Assembly: GCA_035510735.1 (NCBI GenBank)
Contig: DATKGN010000013.1
Span: 64,596-128,595, forward strand
DNA from: Patescibacteria group bacterium
Lineage (GTDB): Bacteria; Patescibacteriota; Microgenomatia; UBA10105; UBA927
DNA length: 64,000 nt
Direction of reading: 5' to 3'
The translations under genes were made by a program, and so were the position numbers. Every line of letters begins with the position of its first letter. The first letter of the stretch is position 1. The notes beneath the pieces are model-generated. The model was not told where the DNA came from. It worked only from the letters and a program-made list of their open reading frames with translations, and did no database searches. Below, piece by piece: positions 46,815 through 55,727 of this stretch.

Positions 46815-47318
46815 CTATTGGAGTTCTACCTTTCCTACGTCCATTAGCCACGCTACATTTTTAGCTGCCATCGTTTGCCCCCACACTTTTACCTTTTTTC
46901 CGGCGAATTGGTCGAGGTCTACAACGGAAGAAATGAGGTAAACCGTTTGTGAAGGTCCGCCGTCACGGATTAACTGGTGAGATCCTTCCCCGTCAGACGC
47001 GCCACCCTTTTGGATAACACCAACGGCAGAATCCTTAAACGTGGTTGAATCAGTACTACCCACAACCTTATCTGTTTTAATCGAACCTGAAGCGGAATTT
47101 GCGGTACTCCCCGCAGCCGTTCCGGCTTTCTTAGACAAGAGATACCCCGTTCCGATTCCGAGCAGTACTAAAACCCCGTAAACGACGAAAACGATTTTTG
47201 AGTTATTTTTCATAGTCATATCATCTGATTTCGGCTCTTCAGCTTCCACCGTACGATTTTGTACGTGAGGATTAGGTTTCACGGGTGGCATCGCCACCTT
47301 TTCATTTACTCGTTGCAT
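46815..47318 (-). CDS. Membrane-anchored hypothetical protein with a Ser/Thr/Gly-rich stretch.
   Basis: It has one TM (IVFVVYGVLVLLGIGTGYLL) followed by 'TAAGSTANSASGSIKTDKVVGSTDSTT'. Confidence 0.45.
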   Translation of the reverse strand: MQRVNEKVAMPPVKPNPHVQNRTVEAEEPKSDDMTMKNNSKIVFVVYGVLVLLGIGTGYLLSKKAGTAAGSTANSASGSIKTDKVVGSTDSTTFKDSAVGVIQKGGASDGEGSHQLIRDGGPSQTVYLISSVVDLDQFAGKKVKVWGQTMAAKNVAWLMDVGKVELQ

Positions 47319-47352
47319 ACACTTCCCCCCTCGTGCACTCCATTATCACCTC

Positions 47353-48372
47353 TTACGATATTTTTTTCAAGTATGCGATAATGAAGTCATCAAGATCCCC
47401 GTCCAACACACGATCGGTATTCCCCGTTTCATGCTGCGTCCGCAAATCCTTGACCATGTGATACGGATGAAGCACATACGAACGAATCTGATTCCCCCAT
47501 CCAGGCGTTTTATATTCTCCTTTCACTTTGCTCTGTTCATCGCGCACCTTTTCCTGTTGCATCGCCCATAATTTTGCCTGAAGAATCTTGAGCGCATACT
47601 CTCTGTTTTGCCCCTGATACCGCTGTGCCTGGCTTGCAACGATAATGCCGGTCGGTTTATGACGGAGCCGTACGGCTGTTGAAACTTTATTCACATTCTG
47701 ACCGCCTTTTCCGCCTGCCCGATAAAAATCCCATTCCAAGTCTTCCTCCTTCACTTCCACTACGGCCTCTTCATCAAAAACCGGCCAGACTTCCGCCATA
47801 GCAAACGATGTTTGACGGAGATTATCTGCGTTAAACGGAGACTGCCGTACCAGACGGTGGACTCCCGCTTCCGCCTTTAAAAATCCGTACGCGTAACTGC
47901 CCGTGACGGTAATCGTTACGCTTTTAATCCCTGCCTCATCTCCCGGAGTAAAATCAATTTCCTCACAGTCCCAACCTTTTCGCTCAACATAGCGCGTATA
48001 CATCCGGTAAAGCATCGAGGTCCAATCCATCGCCTCCGTACCGCCCTGACCCGCATGAAGCGCAAGGATGGCATCATTAGCGTCATACGGTCCAGATAAG
48101 TACAGTGCGAATTCCAGCCGGTCTACTTCACGGGTTAATTCGGTTGTGTTTCCGTCAGAAATGAGAAGTTCAAGCATCTCTCCCTGTTCCAATTCTTTCT
48201 GGAGGATGGCCATTCGTTTCATCTTTTTAGCAGCAGCCTTGGAATCACCCCAAAAATTCTGATGGGTGCTTTCTGCCTCGATTTCCCGGATTGCTTTGCG
48301 CTTTCCGTCCAAATCGAGTTTGGCAAGTACATGGGTGGCCCGGGTCTTTAAATCTTCATCCATGAGGCTCAT
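47353..48372 (-). CDS. prfB: Peptide chain release factor 2, with no programmed frameshift.
   Basis: The SPF tripeptide sits in '[16 protein letters not shown]' and GGQ in '[19 protein letters not shown]'. The N-terminus aligns with RF2: '[17 protein letters not shown]' matches E. coli 'LRGYLDYDAKKERLEEV'. The start was set at ATG 48370-48372. Confidence 0.8.
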   Translation of the reverse strand: MSLMDEDLKTRATHVLAKLDLDGKRKAIREIEAESTHQNFWGDSKAAAKKMKRMAILQKELEQGEMLELLISDGNTTELTREVDRLEFALYLSGPYDANDAILALHAGQGGTEAMDWTSMLYRMYTRYVERKGWDCEEIDFTPGDEAGIKSVTITVTGSYAYGFLKAEAGVHRLVRQSPFNADNLRQTSFAMAEVWPVFDEEAVVEVKEEDLEWDFYRAGGKGGQNVNKVSTAVRLRHKPTGIIVASQAQRYQGQNREYALKILQAKLWAMQQEKVRDEQSKVKGEYKTPGWGNQIRSYVLHPYHMVKDLRTQHETGNTDRVLDGDLDDFIIAYLKKIS

Positions 48373-48397
48373 TGTAGCAGAATAAACGGAAGAATTC

Positions 48398-48769
48398 CTA
48401 TTTTTTAGCAGGTGGTTTACAGAGCGCCTGCTGGATTTCCTGCTTTTGATCAGCGGGTAATTTGTCAAACTGCGCCGTTAACTGATTCACGGCATTTTTA
48501 ACAATAATCGTTTGAATCCTTGACTGTACAGCTCCTTCTGCTGCTCCAACCACGCCGCTAACGATCTGCCCAGCGTTTAAGGGCTTTACGTGAGCCTCAT
48601 CGGATACTCCGAGCACATTTGCCGACTGTTCTCCTATCGACGTTTTGAGGACTACATCATGAACCTGTTGTATGATTGACGGGCGCTTCTGTGCGGTTAG
48701 TCTCGGCCATAATAAACTCCCACCCGCAAGCGTGATCACTGAAACGATGAGTGCAAAAATAAAATTCAT
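48398..48769 (-). CDS. Small membrane-anchored hypothetical protein (123 aa).
   Basis: It has an N-terminal TM. A TATAAT box lies 14 nt upstream at 48784..48789 on the minus strand. Confidence 0.45.
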   Translation of the reverse strand: MNFIFALIVSVITLAGGSLLWPRLTAQKRPSIIQQVHDVVLKTSIGEQSANVLGVSDEAHVKPLNAGQIVSGVVGAAEGAVQSRIQTIIVKNAVNQLTAQFDKLPADQKQEIQQALCKPPAKK

Positions 48770-48835
48770 ACGTCTTAGAACGTATTATACGCCAAAAGTG
48801 ACAAGCACACCCTCCCCATGATATAACTATCGTCG
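48770..48835. promoter_or_regulatory. Divergent promoter region. On the plus strand, GTGACA-17nt-ATATAA precedes ruvC. On the minus strand, TATAAT precedes 48398..48769. Both leaders are short and lack a Shine-Dalgarno sequence.
   Basis: The hexamers were read directly: gtgacaagcacaccctccccatgatataact on plus, and ggcgTATAATacg on minus. Confidence 0.3.
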
Positions 48836-49324
48836 ATGATTATTATGGGTGTAGATCCTGGTTTTGCGCGTGTCGGATGGGCGATTATCGAGCACAAAGC
48901 CTCACGTATCACTCCGAAAGCATATGGGTGTATTGAAACGGAAAAGACTGAGACGTTGCCAAACCGCCTGATGATTACGCATAACGCAATTCAAACACTT
49001 ATCAAACGGTTTTCTCCGGACTGCATGAGCGTCGAAGAATTATATTTTGCAACCAATGCAAAAACGGCGATCAGTGTCGGGCAGGCGCGTGGGGTTATTC
49101 TTCTTGCCGCTGCACAGAAAAATATTCCCGTGGTATCATATTCACCATTGACGATAAAACGCACAATTTGCGGTGACGGAAAAGCGGATAAATCACAGAT
49201 AGGTCGTATGGTCACGAAAATTCTGAAGCTTAAAGAGATTCCGAAGCCCGACGATACAGCCGATGCGCTCGCAATCGCACTCACACACGGCTATTCATTC
49301 CGTCTGACAGACAAATTTATATGA
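48836..49324 (+). CDS. ruvC: Holliday junction resolvase RuvC.
   Basis: 'IIMGVDPGFARVGWAII' and the catalytic-Asp pattern are present. The protein is 162 aa. Confidence 0.85.
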   Translation: MIIMGVDPGFARVGWAIIEHKASRITPKAYGCIETEKTETLPNRLMITHNAIQTLIKRFSPDCMSVEELYFATNAKTAISVGQARGVILLAAAQKNIPVVSYSPLTIKRTICGDGKADKSQIGRMVTKILKLKEIPKPDDTADALAIALTHGYSFRLTDKFI

Positions 49325-49896
49325 TAGGAAGATTAACAGGAACTATCGAAACGACCGGACAGTCACCGCTTATCATCGACGTCCACGATGTGGGATATAC
49401 AGTATTTGTGACGTCAACGGAGCAAAAAAACCTCAAAAGCGGTCAGAAGACAACATTATATATTCACACACACGTGCGGGATGATGCGCTTGACCTGTTT
49501 GGGTTCAGCCAAATTGAAGATCTCAAGCTATTTAAACTACTACTCACCGTTTCAGGAGTCGGTCCGAAGACAGGGCTTTCGATTATTGACCGCGGGGCAA
49601 ACGGTGTTGAGAAAGCAGTCATGAATGCCGATATCGATTTTTTTACGACTATCCCCCGGCTCGGTAAAAAGAACGCACAAAAAATTATTATTGAATTGAA
49701 AAATAAACTCGGTGGATTACGCGATATCGATCTCTCGGATTCCGGAGGGAGCGAAACAAAGCAAATACTTGATGCCTTAACTGCAATGGGTTTTGACCGG
49801 CGCGACGCCACGGAAACAATACGCCAGTTAAACCCCGCTGACACGCTGGAGCAAAAAATCCGTTCATCATTAAAGTTATTAGGAAAACGAGCATAG
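49321..49896 (+). CDS. ruvA: Holliday junction DNA helicase RuvA.
   Basis: 'MIGRLTGTI...GYTVFVT' is the RuvA signature. A 4-nt overlap links it to ruvC. Confidence 0.85.
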   Translation: MIGRLTGTIETTGQSPLIIDVHDVGYTVFVTSTEQKNLKSGQKTTLYIHTHVRDDALDLFGFSQIEDLKLFKLLLTVSGVGPKTGLSIIDRGANGVEKAVMNADIDFFTTIPRLGKKNAQKIIIELKNKLGGLRDIDLSDSGGSETKQILDALTAMGFDRRDATETIRQLNPADTLEQKIRSSLKLLGKRA

Positions 49897-49897
49897 T

Positions 49898-50938
49898 ATG
49901 GCCAAAAAGAAGAAAGACAAAAAAATAAATGAGGTGATCGTCGAGACAACGGCGATTGAAGAGGAAAAACTTTTTACGTCGCTTCGCGCCGTATCCTGGG
50001 ATGAATTCCAGGGACAGGAAGCGATCAAAGAAAATCTCCATATTGCAATCGCGGCAGCAAAAAAACGGAAACAGGCAATTGAACACATACTTCTCTATGG
50101 TCCGCCCGGAATAGGCAAAACGACGCTTGCCCATCTCATCGGACGCGAGATGGGAGTAAATGTCAGGGTCACATCGGGTCCCGCTCTCGAACGCGCGGGA
50201 GATCTTGCCGCGATTTTAACGAACCTTGAACCTAAAGATATATTGTTTATTGACGAAATACATAGGCTCAATAAAGTTGTGGAAGAAACACTCTATCCCG
50301 CTATGGAAGATTTCGCTCTGGATATTGTCCTGGGCAAAGGCCCCTCTGCGAGAACCCTCAGGCTTGACCTGCCGCAATTTACGATTATCGGGGCAACGAC
50401 GCGGATCGGACTTATGTCCTCACCCATGCGTGACCGGTTCGGCGTTATTGCCCGGCTTCCGTATTATGATGTAAAAGATCTGGAAAAAATTCTCGCGAAG
50501 GCTGCACAAAAATTGGAGATTAAAGTAGAACAACATACACTCCATGAAATCGCTAAACGCGGGAGAGGAACGCCCCGCATTGCCCTACGATTATTGAAGC
50601 GGATCCGCGATGTCGCGGAAGTGAGGGGCGTTGGCATTGTTACCGACACAATATTACAGCAATCGCTCGCGATGCTTGAAGTCGACGAGATGGGATTGGA
50701 TGCATCAGACCGGCGGCTTCTTACAACCCTTATCGATCACTTCAACGGCGGTCCGGTCGGCGTTGATACCCTTGCGTTATCGCTCTCAGAAGATATCGGG
50801 ACGGTAGAAGAAGTCCTTGAACCCTATCTTATGCAGATCGGCATGCTTAAGAGAACTTCGCGGGGCCGTGTCGCGACAAAAAAAGCATTTACGCATTTAG
50901 GTAAGATCATCCCCAAAGCTCTCCTGGAATTTATTTAA
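49898..50938 (+). CDS. ruvB: Holliday junction DNA helicase RuvB.
   Basis: 'LLYGPPGIGKTTLAHLI' and 'LFIDEIHRL' are the RuvB signatures. Confidence 0.9.
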   Translation: MAKKKKDKKINEVIVETTAIEEEKLFTSLRAVSWDEFQGQEAIKENLHIAIAAAKKRKQAIEHILLYGPPGIGKTTLAHLIGREMGVNVRVTSGPALERAGDLAAILTNLEPKDILFIDEIHRLNKVVEETLYPAMEDFALDIVLGKGPSARTLRLDLPQFTIIGATTRIGLMSSPMRDRFGVIARLPYYDVKDLEKILAKAAQKLEIKVEQHTLHEIAKRGRGTPRIALRLLKRIRDVAEVRGVGIVTDTILQQSLAMLEVDEMGLDASDRRLLTTLIDHFNGGPVGVDTLALSLSEDIGTVEEVLEPYLMQIGMLKRTSRGRVATKKAFTHLGKIIPKALLEFI

Positions 50939-51125
50939 TTTTTCATCACTATTTGCAATTATTCATTCAAATGCCAAAGGAGCAAACTGGCACTCATCGA
51001 AATAGAGCGCCACAGAAGGAAAAACGAATTAATATTCTAAGAAAATTTATCGATTATCCCGATGCAATAGTCTAAACTACGATTTATGCTGTATTTAGGC
51101 CATTGTAATGCTCCGCGCTTAAATA

Positions 51126-51479
51126 TTACGAAACAATGCCGATTGCGATAAAACGCGCTGTCCGGGTTGTAACATTCTTCATTGTATGCGTCTCACCCGG
51201 TTCTGCAACGAGTGCATCCCCTTTTTCCAATAGCACGTCCTGCCCGTCTATCGACGCTATAACGCGGCCTGAAACAATGATAAAAACTTCCTGCATCGTG
51301 CGGTGTGTATGCGCGCTAAACGATCGGTTCGGATACAATACTGCCCAATTGACCATTTGAATATCTCCTCGGGCTAAATCGTGAAGATGGAACAATACTT
51401 TCTTGACGACCCCGGGATCATTTGGATCTTCATGACCGGCTGGTTCCAAGGTTAACTGTTTTGATCGAACTATTTTCAT
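51126..51479 (-). CDS. Cupin-domain protein (117 aa). It may bind metal via H/H/E/H residues.
   Basis: 'SAHTHRTMQEVFIIVSG...GETHTM' is a two-motif cupin pattern. A 4-nt overlap links it to cbiO. Confidence 0.6.
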   Translation of the reverse strand: MKIVRSKQLTLEPAGHEDPNDPGVVKKVLFHLHDLARGDIQMVNWAVLYPNRSFSAHTHRTMQEVFIIVSGRVIASIDGQDVLLEKGDALVAEPGETHTMKNVTTRTARFIAIGIVS

Positions 51480-52291
51480 ATAGTATGCGTATGACCGACA
51501 TGAATATGCTCCTGCCGGCGCTCACGCCCCCGACGGCCATGCCGGTGATCATGGATAAGATTATGCTTGACAAGAAACTTCGTATCACCAAGAACTTTGT
51601 CTACTGTCGCGTCGGCAACGAGCTTATGATCTTCCGATAAAACCAGCACCCGATCTGCCATCTCAGCAAGAAGCGATAAGTCATGTGTTGTCATGATGAG
51701 CGTTTCTCCGCGTTTTTTTGCTTCATCTATAAAATCAATAAGCCGGCTTTGGCTCTTCGGATCAAGACTCGCAAGCGGCTCATCCATAAGCCAAACGATA
51801 GGCTTCATGGATAATATCGATGCGATGGCAACACGTTTCTTTTCCCCGCCAGACAACGTGAATGGTGTGCGGTCACGAAGCGATTTGATGTTAAGGACGT
51901 CTAGTGCCCATTCCCCTCGTTTTATTACATCATCCGCGCTCAAATTCATCTGTAAAGGGCCGAAAATGATTTCATCCCAAACCGTTTGGTTAAACAGCTG
52001 AACATCCGGATCCTGAAACACAAAACCGACTTTCTGCCGGAACGCATACTCATGCTCACCTGATTCGAAATATGAGGCAGTCAGTGGTTTCCCAAAGAAC
52101 GATAGTTGACCGCCCGTCGGAAATTCCAGACCATTCAACAGTTTGAGTAATGTGCTTTTACCCGAACCGTTTGCTCCCAGGATTGCTATCCGTTCCCCGG
52201 CATGTATCTCAAAGGACACAGAATCCAACACATGGGATTTTTCATATTCAAACGAAAGGTTATTTGCTTCAAATATTTTTTGGGTATTCAT
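51476..52291 (-). CDS. cbiO: ECF transporter ATPase (CbiO/EcfA) with a His-rich C-terminal tail.
   Basis: The Walker A 'GANGSGKSTLLKLL', 'LSGGEKKRVAIASIL' and 'LMDEPLASLD' are present. The tail reads 'HDHRHGRRGRERRQEHIHVGHTHTI'. Confidence 0.75.
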   Translation of the reverse strand: MNTQKIFEANNLSFEYEKSHVLDSVSFEIHAGERIAILGANGSGKSTLLKLLNGLEFPTGGQLSFFGKPLTASYFESGEHEYAFRQKVGFVFQDPDVQLFNQTVWDEIIFGPLQMNLSADDVIKRGEWALDVLNIKSLRDRTPFTLSGGEKKRVAIASILSMKPIVWLMDEPLASLDPKSQSRLIDFIDEAKKRGETLIMTTHDLSLLAEMADRVLVLSEDHKLVADATVDKVLGDTKFLVKHNLIHDHRHGRRGRERRQEHIHVGHTHTI

Positions 52292-52296
52292 ACGCT

Positions 52297-53106
52297 TTAT
52301 GCGGATAAAAATCCGATGCCGATTATCCCGATTAATGATAATCCTACCAATACATCTCTGGAATGAAATATAAAATTGTTTACGGTTCGGATTTTCCCGG
52401 TGTATCCGCGACTCACCATCGCATCACGCACTTCACCGCTTAATGTAATTGATTTTACCATGAGATTCCCCGCAATAATCCCGACGCCGCTTCGTGCCGC
52501 TCCTGCCGATTGCCGTCCTACGGTTCTACTCTTTCTCGCAAGCATCATATCAAGAGCCGCTGTTAACAACACATTAATATAGCGATATGTCAGCGACAAT
52601 ACAAATAAGACACCCGGGGGAATATGGAAAAACTCAAATGCTTTCATCATATGATCCCACCGGCTTGTAAAAAGGACTGCCTGAACGCTCGTCACACAGA
52701 CGGCAATGCGAAGGAGAAACCGCGCTGCTAATAATAGTCCCTCAAGCGTTATGGATGTACTTCCGAATAAATGCACGATTGATCGTCCCGGTGTCACAAA
52801 CGAAAAAATAAGCGGCACGGACAGAAAAAGCGAAAAGAACGGCAGGATGAGCCAAATCCGAAACATTTTTGCCGGCTTCAAATATGATGCTATCATCGAT
52901 AATAAACATATGATGTAGAGAAATAATAAATACAGAAGTGAGGCTTTGATACTTGCCATGAGAATAATGGTTAATGACGCAATCATTTTAACCCGTGGAT
53001 CGAGTCGTTGGAGAAACCCGCTCTTTCCGATGGAATCAGAAGTAAACATTGTCTTATTGAGACCAGATACCAGGTCATGAATATTTTTATCGAGTATTGA
53101 GGTCAT
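52297..53106 (-). CDS. cbiQ: ECF transporter transmembrane T component (CbiQ/EcfT).
   Basis: The protein is 269 aa and multi-TM. It carries the C-terminal 'RDAMVSRGY' Ala-Arg-Gly-type coupling motif. Confidence 0.65.
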   Translation of the reverse strand: MTSILDKNIHDLVSGLNKTMFTSDSIGKSGFLQRLDPRVKMIASLTIILMASIKASLLYLLFLYIICLLSMIASYLKPAKMFRIWLILPFFSLFLSVPLIFSFVTPGRSIVHLFGSTSITLEGLLLAARFLLRIAVCVTSVQAVLFTSRWDHMMKAFEFFHIPPGVLFVLSLTYRYINVLLTAALDMMLARKSRTVGRQSAGAARSGVGIIAGNLMVKSITLSGEVRDAMVSRGYTGKIRTVNNFIFHSRDVLVGLSLIGIIGIGFLSA

Positions 53107-54119
53107 GTTGAAGTAGTAGACGTTCGTTTTTTACGTATCCGCCGAGACACAAAAATGCTTATAGCGACAATTGCAAGTATAAGAATGACTCCGCTGAGTG
53201 CAGACACTATGTATCCTGCGGCAGAGTTATGAAGCAATGGAAGATTATAACCGGATAATGGAGCGCTCCAAATCGAATTCCACCGGTCAAACCCTTGTGG
53301 TATATAACTCAACCCCCGACGGAACAACTCAGCTCTCCCCCATTCCCCCCACGCAGTGCCGTGTGCGAGTAATCCTATCGGTGCAATGACAATTAACACT
53401 GCTATGCCAAGAACGATCGGTTTCCATGAAATCGGTAGATTTGCTGCAGTCTGTTGATGAAGTAATTTAGGAAACCGCCTTTGGATCCACGAATAGGCAA
53501 AAAACGTTATGAATCCTTCGGCGAGCCCCGCAAGCGCTAAATGGCCGATCATCATTGCGGGAACCGATATGGCCAGTGGATATGGGAAATATAATGCATG
53601 TCCGTTTGACGAATGAAATAACAACGGCTGAAGCCCAAGCTCAACTCCTGCACAGAAGGCAGCGACATTAATGGCAATATATCCGCTGACTGCGGCAAGA
53701 AATGGTTCAAGTGACTCTCTTTGAGTAATTTTTTTAAGCAGGAGGAAAAGCCCGTAGCCAACAATCGACATGACGACGGCCATATTAAAGATATTGGCGC
53801 CAAGCGCTAAAATTCCACCGTCCCCGAAAAAGAAGGCCTGTATGACGAGAGCGAGAGTGACCGATACCATAGAAAGCCAGGGGCCTAACACGAGTGCGGT
53901 AATGACTGTGCCGACTGCATGACCCGTCGTCCCGCCCGGAAGGGGCAAATTAAACATCATGATAAGGAATGAAAACGCGCCGAATACGCCGACCAGCGGT
54001 AAGGTAAGTTTGTTGTATTTTTTTTCGAGTTGTCTTGACGCTTTCACTAAAAACGGAGCAGTAGCGGCAGCCATAAGTGCTTCTGTTTGGGGACTTAAAT
54101 ATCCGTCAGGGATATGCAT
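53103..54119 (-). CDS. cbiM: Cobalt/nickel ECF substrate component CbiM with a C-terminal CbiN-like extension (fused CbiMN).
   Basis: The N-terminus 'MHIPDGYLSPQTEA' is the CbiM/NikM metal-binding start. At 338 aa versus about 230 for CbiM alone, it has an extra C-terminal TM. Confidence 0.65.
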   Translation of the reverse strand: MHIPDGYLSPQTEALMAAATAPFLVKASRQLEKKYNKLTLPLVGVFGAFSFLIMMFNLPLPGGTTGHAVGTVITALVLGPWLSMVSVTLALVIQAFFFGDGGILALGANIFNMAVVMSIVGYGLFLLLKKITQRESLEPFLAAVSGYIAINVAAFCAGVELGLQPLLFHSSNGHALYFPYPLAISVPAMMIGHLALAGLAEGFITFFAYSWIQRRFPKLLHQQTAANLPISWKPIVLGIAVLIVIAPIGLLAHGTAWGEWGRAELFRRGLSYIPQGFDRWNSIWSAPLSGYNLPLLHNSAAGYIVSALSGVILILAIVAISIFVSRRIRKKRTSTTST

Positions 54120-54136
54120 ATATGTATTGAGGTATC

Positions 54137-55228
54137 TTATGCTCTTGGAGTACCAATTTCAACATTCCGCTCCACCATACCGCTCGTGAGTTCTCCGATT
54201 AATTGCGGTCCTTCAAAAATGATACCGGTGATTAGTTGTACTAAATCAGCGCCGCACGCGAGTTTATCAATAACATCATCTATAGTAAATACTCCGCCGC
54301 AACCGATAAGTGCAACGTCGCGGCCGAATTTTTTCCTCGTATGGGCAACGAGCGCATTTGCATTTATAGCGGTGGGCTTTCCGCTGAAGTTTCCTTTATA
54401 ATTCTTAAATTTTTCCATCTCCTCTTTCACGAAAACAGGATTTTTCCGGTTTTTCACGAGATTTGAAAAAATAAATCCCCGCACTTCTGACGTAAGTGCG
54501 ATTCGGACCAAGGCATCGGAATCGGCCGGAGCTATTTCATTCGGCATTTTCACAAATATTGGTTGCCTGATCTTCAGCGAGACCACTTCCCTCACAAGTT
54601 TTTTAAAATTACGGGTGTCGGTAAACGATTCCGTCATTGCTGTATTGGGGCAGCTGATATTAAGCTCGAAATATTTCACGTATGGTTTTTCCTTGAACAC
54701 TTCAAAGGTATAGAGATAGTCTTCAATGGCTTTGGGAATGGTGTTCACGATCGGCAAATTCGTACTTCCGACGCTTAATCCGATCGTATGACCGGTCAGA
54801 TTTTTGCCGTCCAGACGTTTAGCTATACGGTCCGCACCTTCGGATTTAAAGCCTTTATTGACAAGGAGAGATTGGGATTTTGGCAAGCGCCCCAATCGTG
54901 GATACAGATTCCCGGGACTTGATTTTGCCGTCACTGTTCCAACTGTATTAAATCCGAATCCGACATATTTCATAATTTTTGCTACATGACCGTCATTATC
55001 AAATCCTGCCGAAAGTCCGATGGGATTTTCAAATTCCACACCCAATACATTCTTTTTTAACGATGGATTTTGGTAACTGAATACGGCAGCAACAAGGGGT
55101 GCCGCAAATTCAAGATGTTCGCCGAGAGAAGAGATTGAATTGTGAATAAATTCTGCGTCGAACTGAAACGCAAGTGGTTTGAAAACAGTGCGGTATAACG
55201 AACCGATTATCGTACGATGAGGTGACAT
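54137..55228 (-). CDS. pyrD: Dihydroorotate dehydrogenase, class-2-like architecture, with Cys in the catalytic loop.
   Basis: 'FENPIGLSAGFDNDG', 'GFGFNTVGTVTAKSSPGNLYPRLGRL', 'NISCPNT', 'MPNEIAPAD' and 'GCGGV...LVQLITGIIFEGPQLIGEL' align block by block with E. coli PyrD. Confidence 0.75.
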   Translation of the reverse strand: MSPHRTIIGSLYRTVFKPLAFQFDAEFIHNSISSLGEHLEFAAPLVAAVFSYQNPSLKKNVLGVEFENPIGLSAGFDNDGHVAKIMKYVGFGFNTVGTVTAKSSPGNLYPRLGRLPKSQSLLVNKGFKSEGADRIAKRLDGKNLTGHTIGLSVGSTNLPIVNTIPKAIEDYLYTFEVFKEKPYVKYFELNISCPNTAMTESFTDTRNFKKLVREVVSLKIRQPIFVKMPNEIAPADSDALVRIALTSEVRGFIFSNLVKNRKNPVFVKEEMEKFKNYKGNFSGKPTAINANALVAHTRKKFGRDVALIGCGGVFTIDDVIDKLACGADLVQLITGIIFEGPQLIGELTSGMVERNVEIGTPRA

Positions 55229-55230
55229 GA

Positions 55231-55701
55231 TTAACCAAGGATAAGCACCGGCTCTTCGCCGTCGTCCACAGGGAACAATTTTTGGTCAAAGAGTTTGATT
55301 CTCAGAGGTTTAATTAAGTACATGCGGCCGATAACGATTTTCTTCATCATATTTTCATAGGTTAATTCGGGATCCTTAACCCCGAGGGACGATTTCCATA
55401 AGGAAAGTGCGTGTTTTATTTTCGCAACTTCAGGTATTCGCTTCGCAATACCGGATATCTGCATACCGCGCTTCAATTTGTTTATTTCCTGATGGCTGTC
55501 AGCGATCGATACGGAAACTCTGTTATTTTTTTCAATCTGTTTACTGTGGAGCGTTGTTGGTGAGCTTAAAAAATAGAGGTTTAAATTGTTATCAAACGTA
55601 TAGTAAACGGATGCAATCCACGGAAATTTGCCGTATGTTGCGACTACCATGAATTTATATTCTCCAAGGAAGTCCAGAATCTGTTGGCGTGTTAATTCCA
55701 T
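55231..55701 (-). CDS. Pyridoxamine 5-prime-phosphate oxidase family protein (FMN-binding split barrel).
   Basis: 'ILDFLGEYKFMVVATYGKFPWIASVYYTFD' is the family signature. A 3-nt gap separates it from pyrD. Confidence 0.55.
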   Translation of the reverse strand: MELTRQQILDFLGEYKFMVVATYGKFPWIASVYYTFDNNLNLYFLSSPTTLHSKQIEKNNRVSVSIADSHQEINKLKRGMQISGIAKRIPEVAKIKHALSLWKSSLGVKDPELTYENMMKKIVIGRMYLIKPLRIKLFDQKLFPVDDGEEPVLILG

Positions 55702-55727
55702 TACTGCTATTATACTACGTGATCTCT

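Noticed and set aside
47353-48372. A programmed +1 frameshift in prfB, or an alternative (UGA=Gly) genetic code.
   Set aside because: The region homologous to the E. coli frameshift site is in one continuous frame with no TGA. RF2 with an intact SPF motif is present and TGA is used as a stop codon (e.g. 19253..19255). Code 11 fits throughout.
50939-51125. Possible tRNA, sRNA or terminator in the 187-nt convergent intergenic region after ruvB.
   Set aside because: The stretch is AT-rich with no cloverleaf hallmarks (no GTTCRANYC T-loop, no acceptor-stem pairing). No convincing stem-loop with a U-tract was found.
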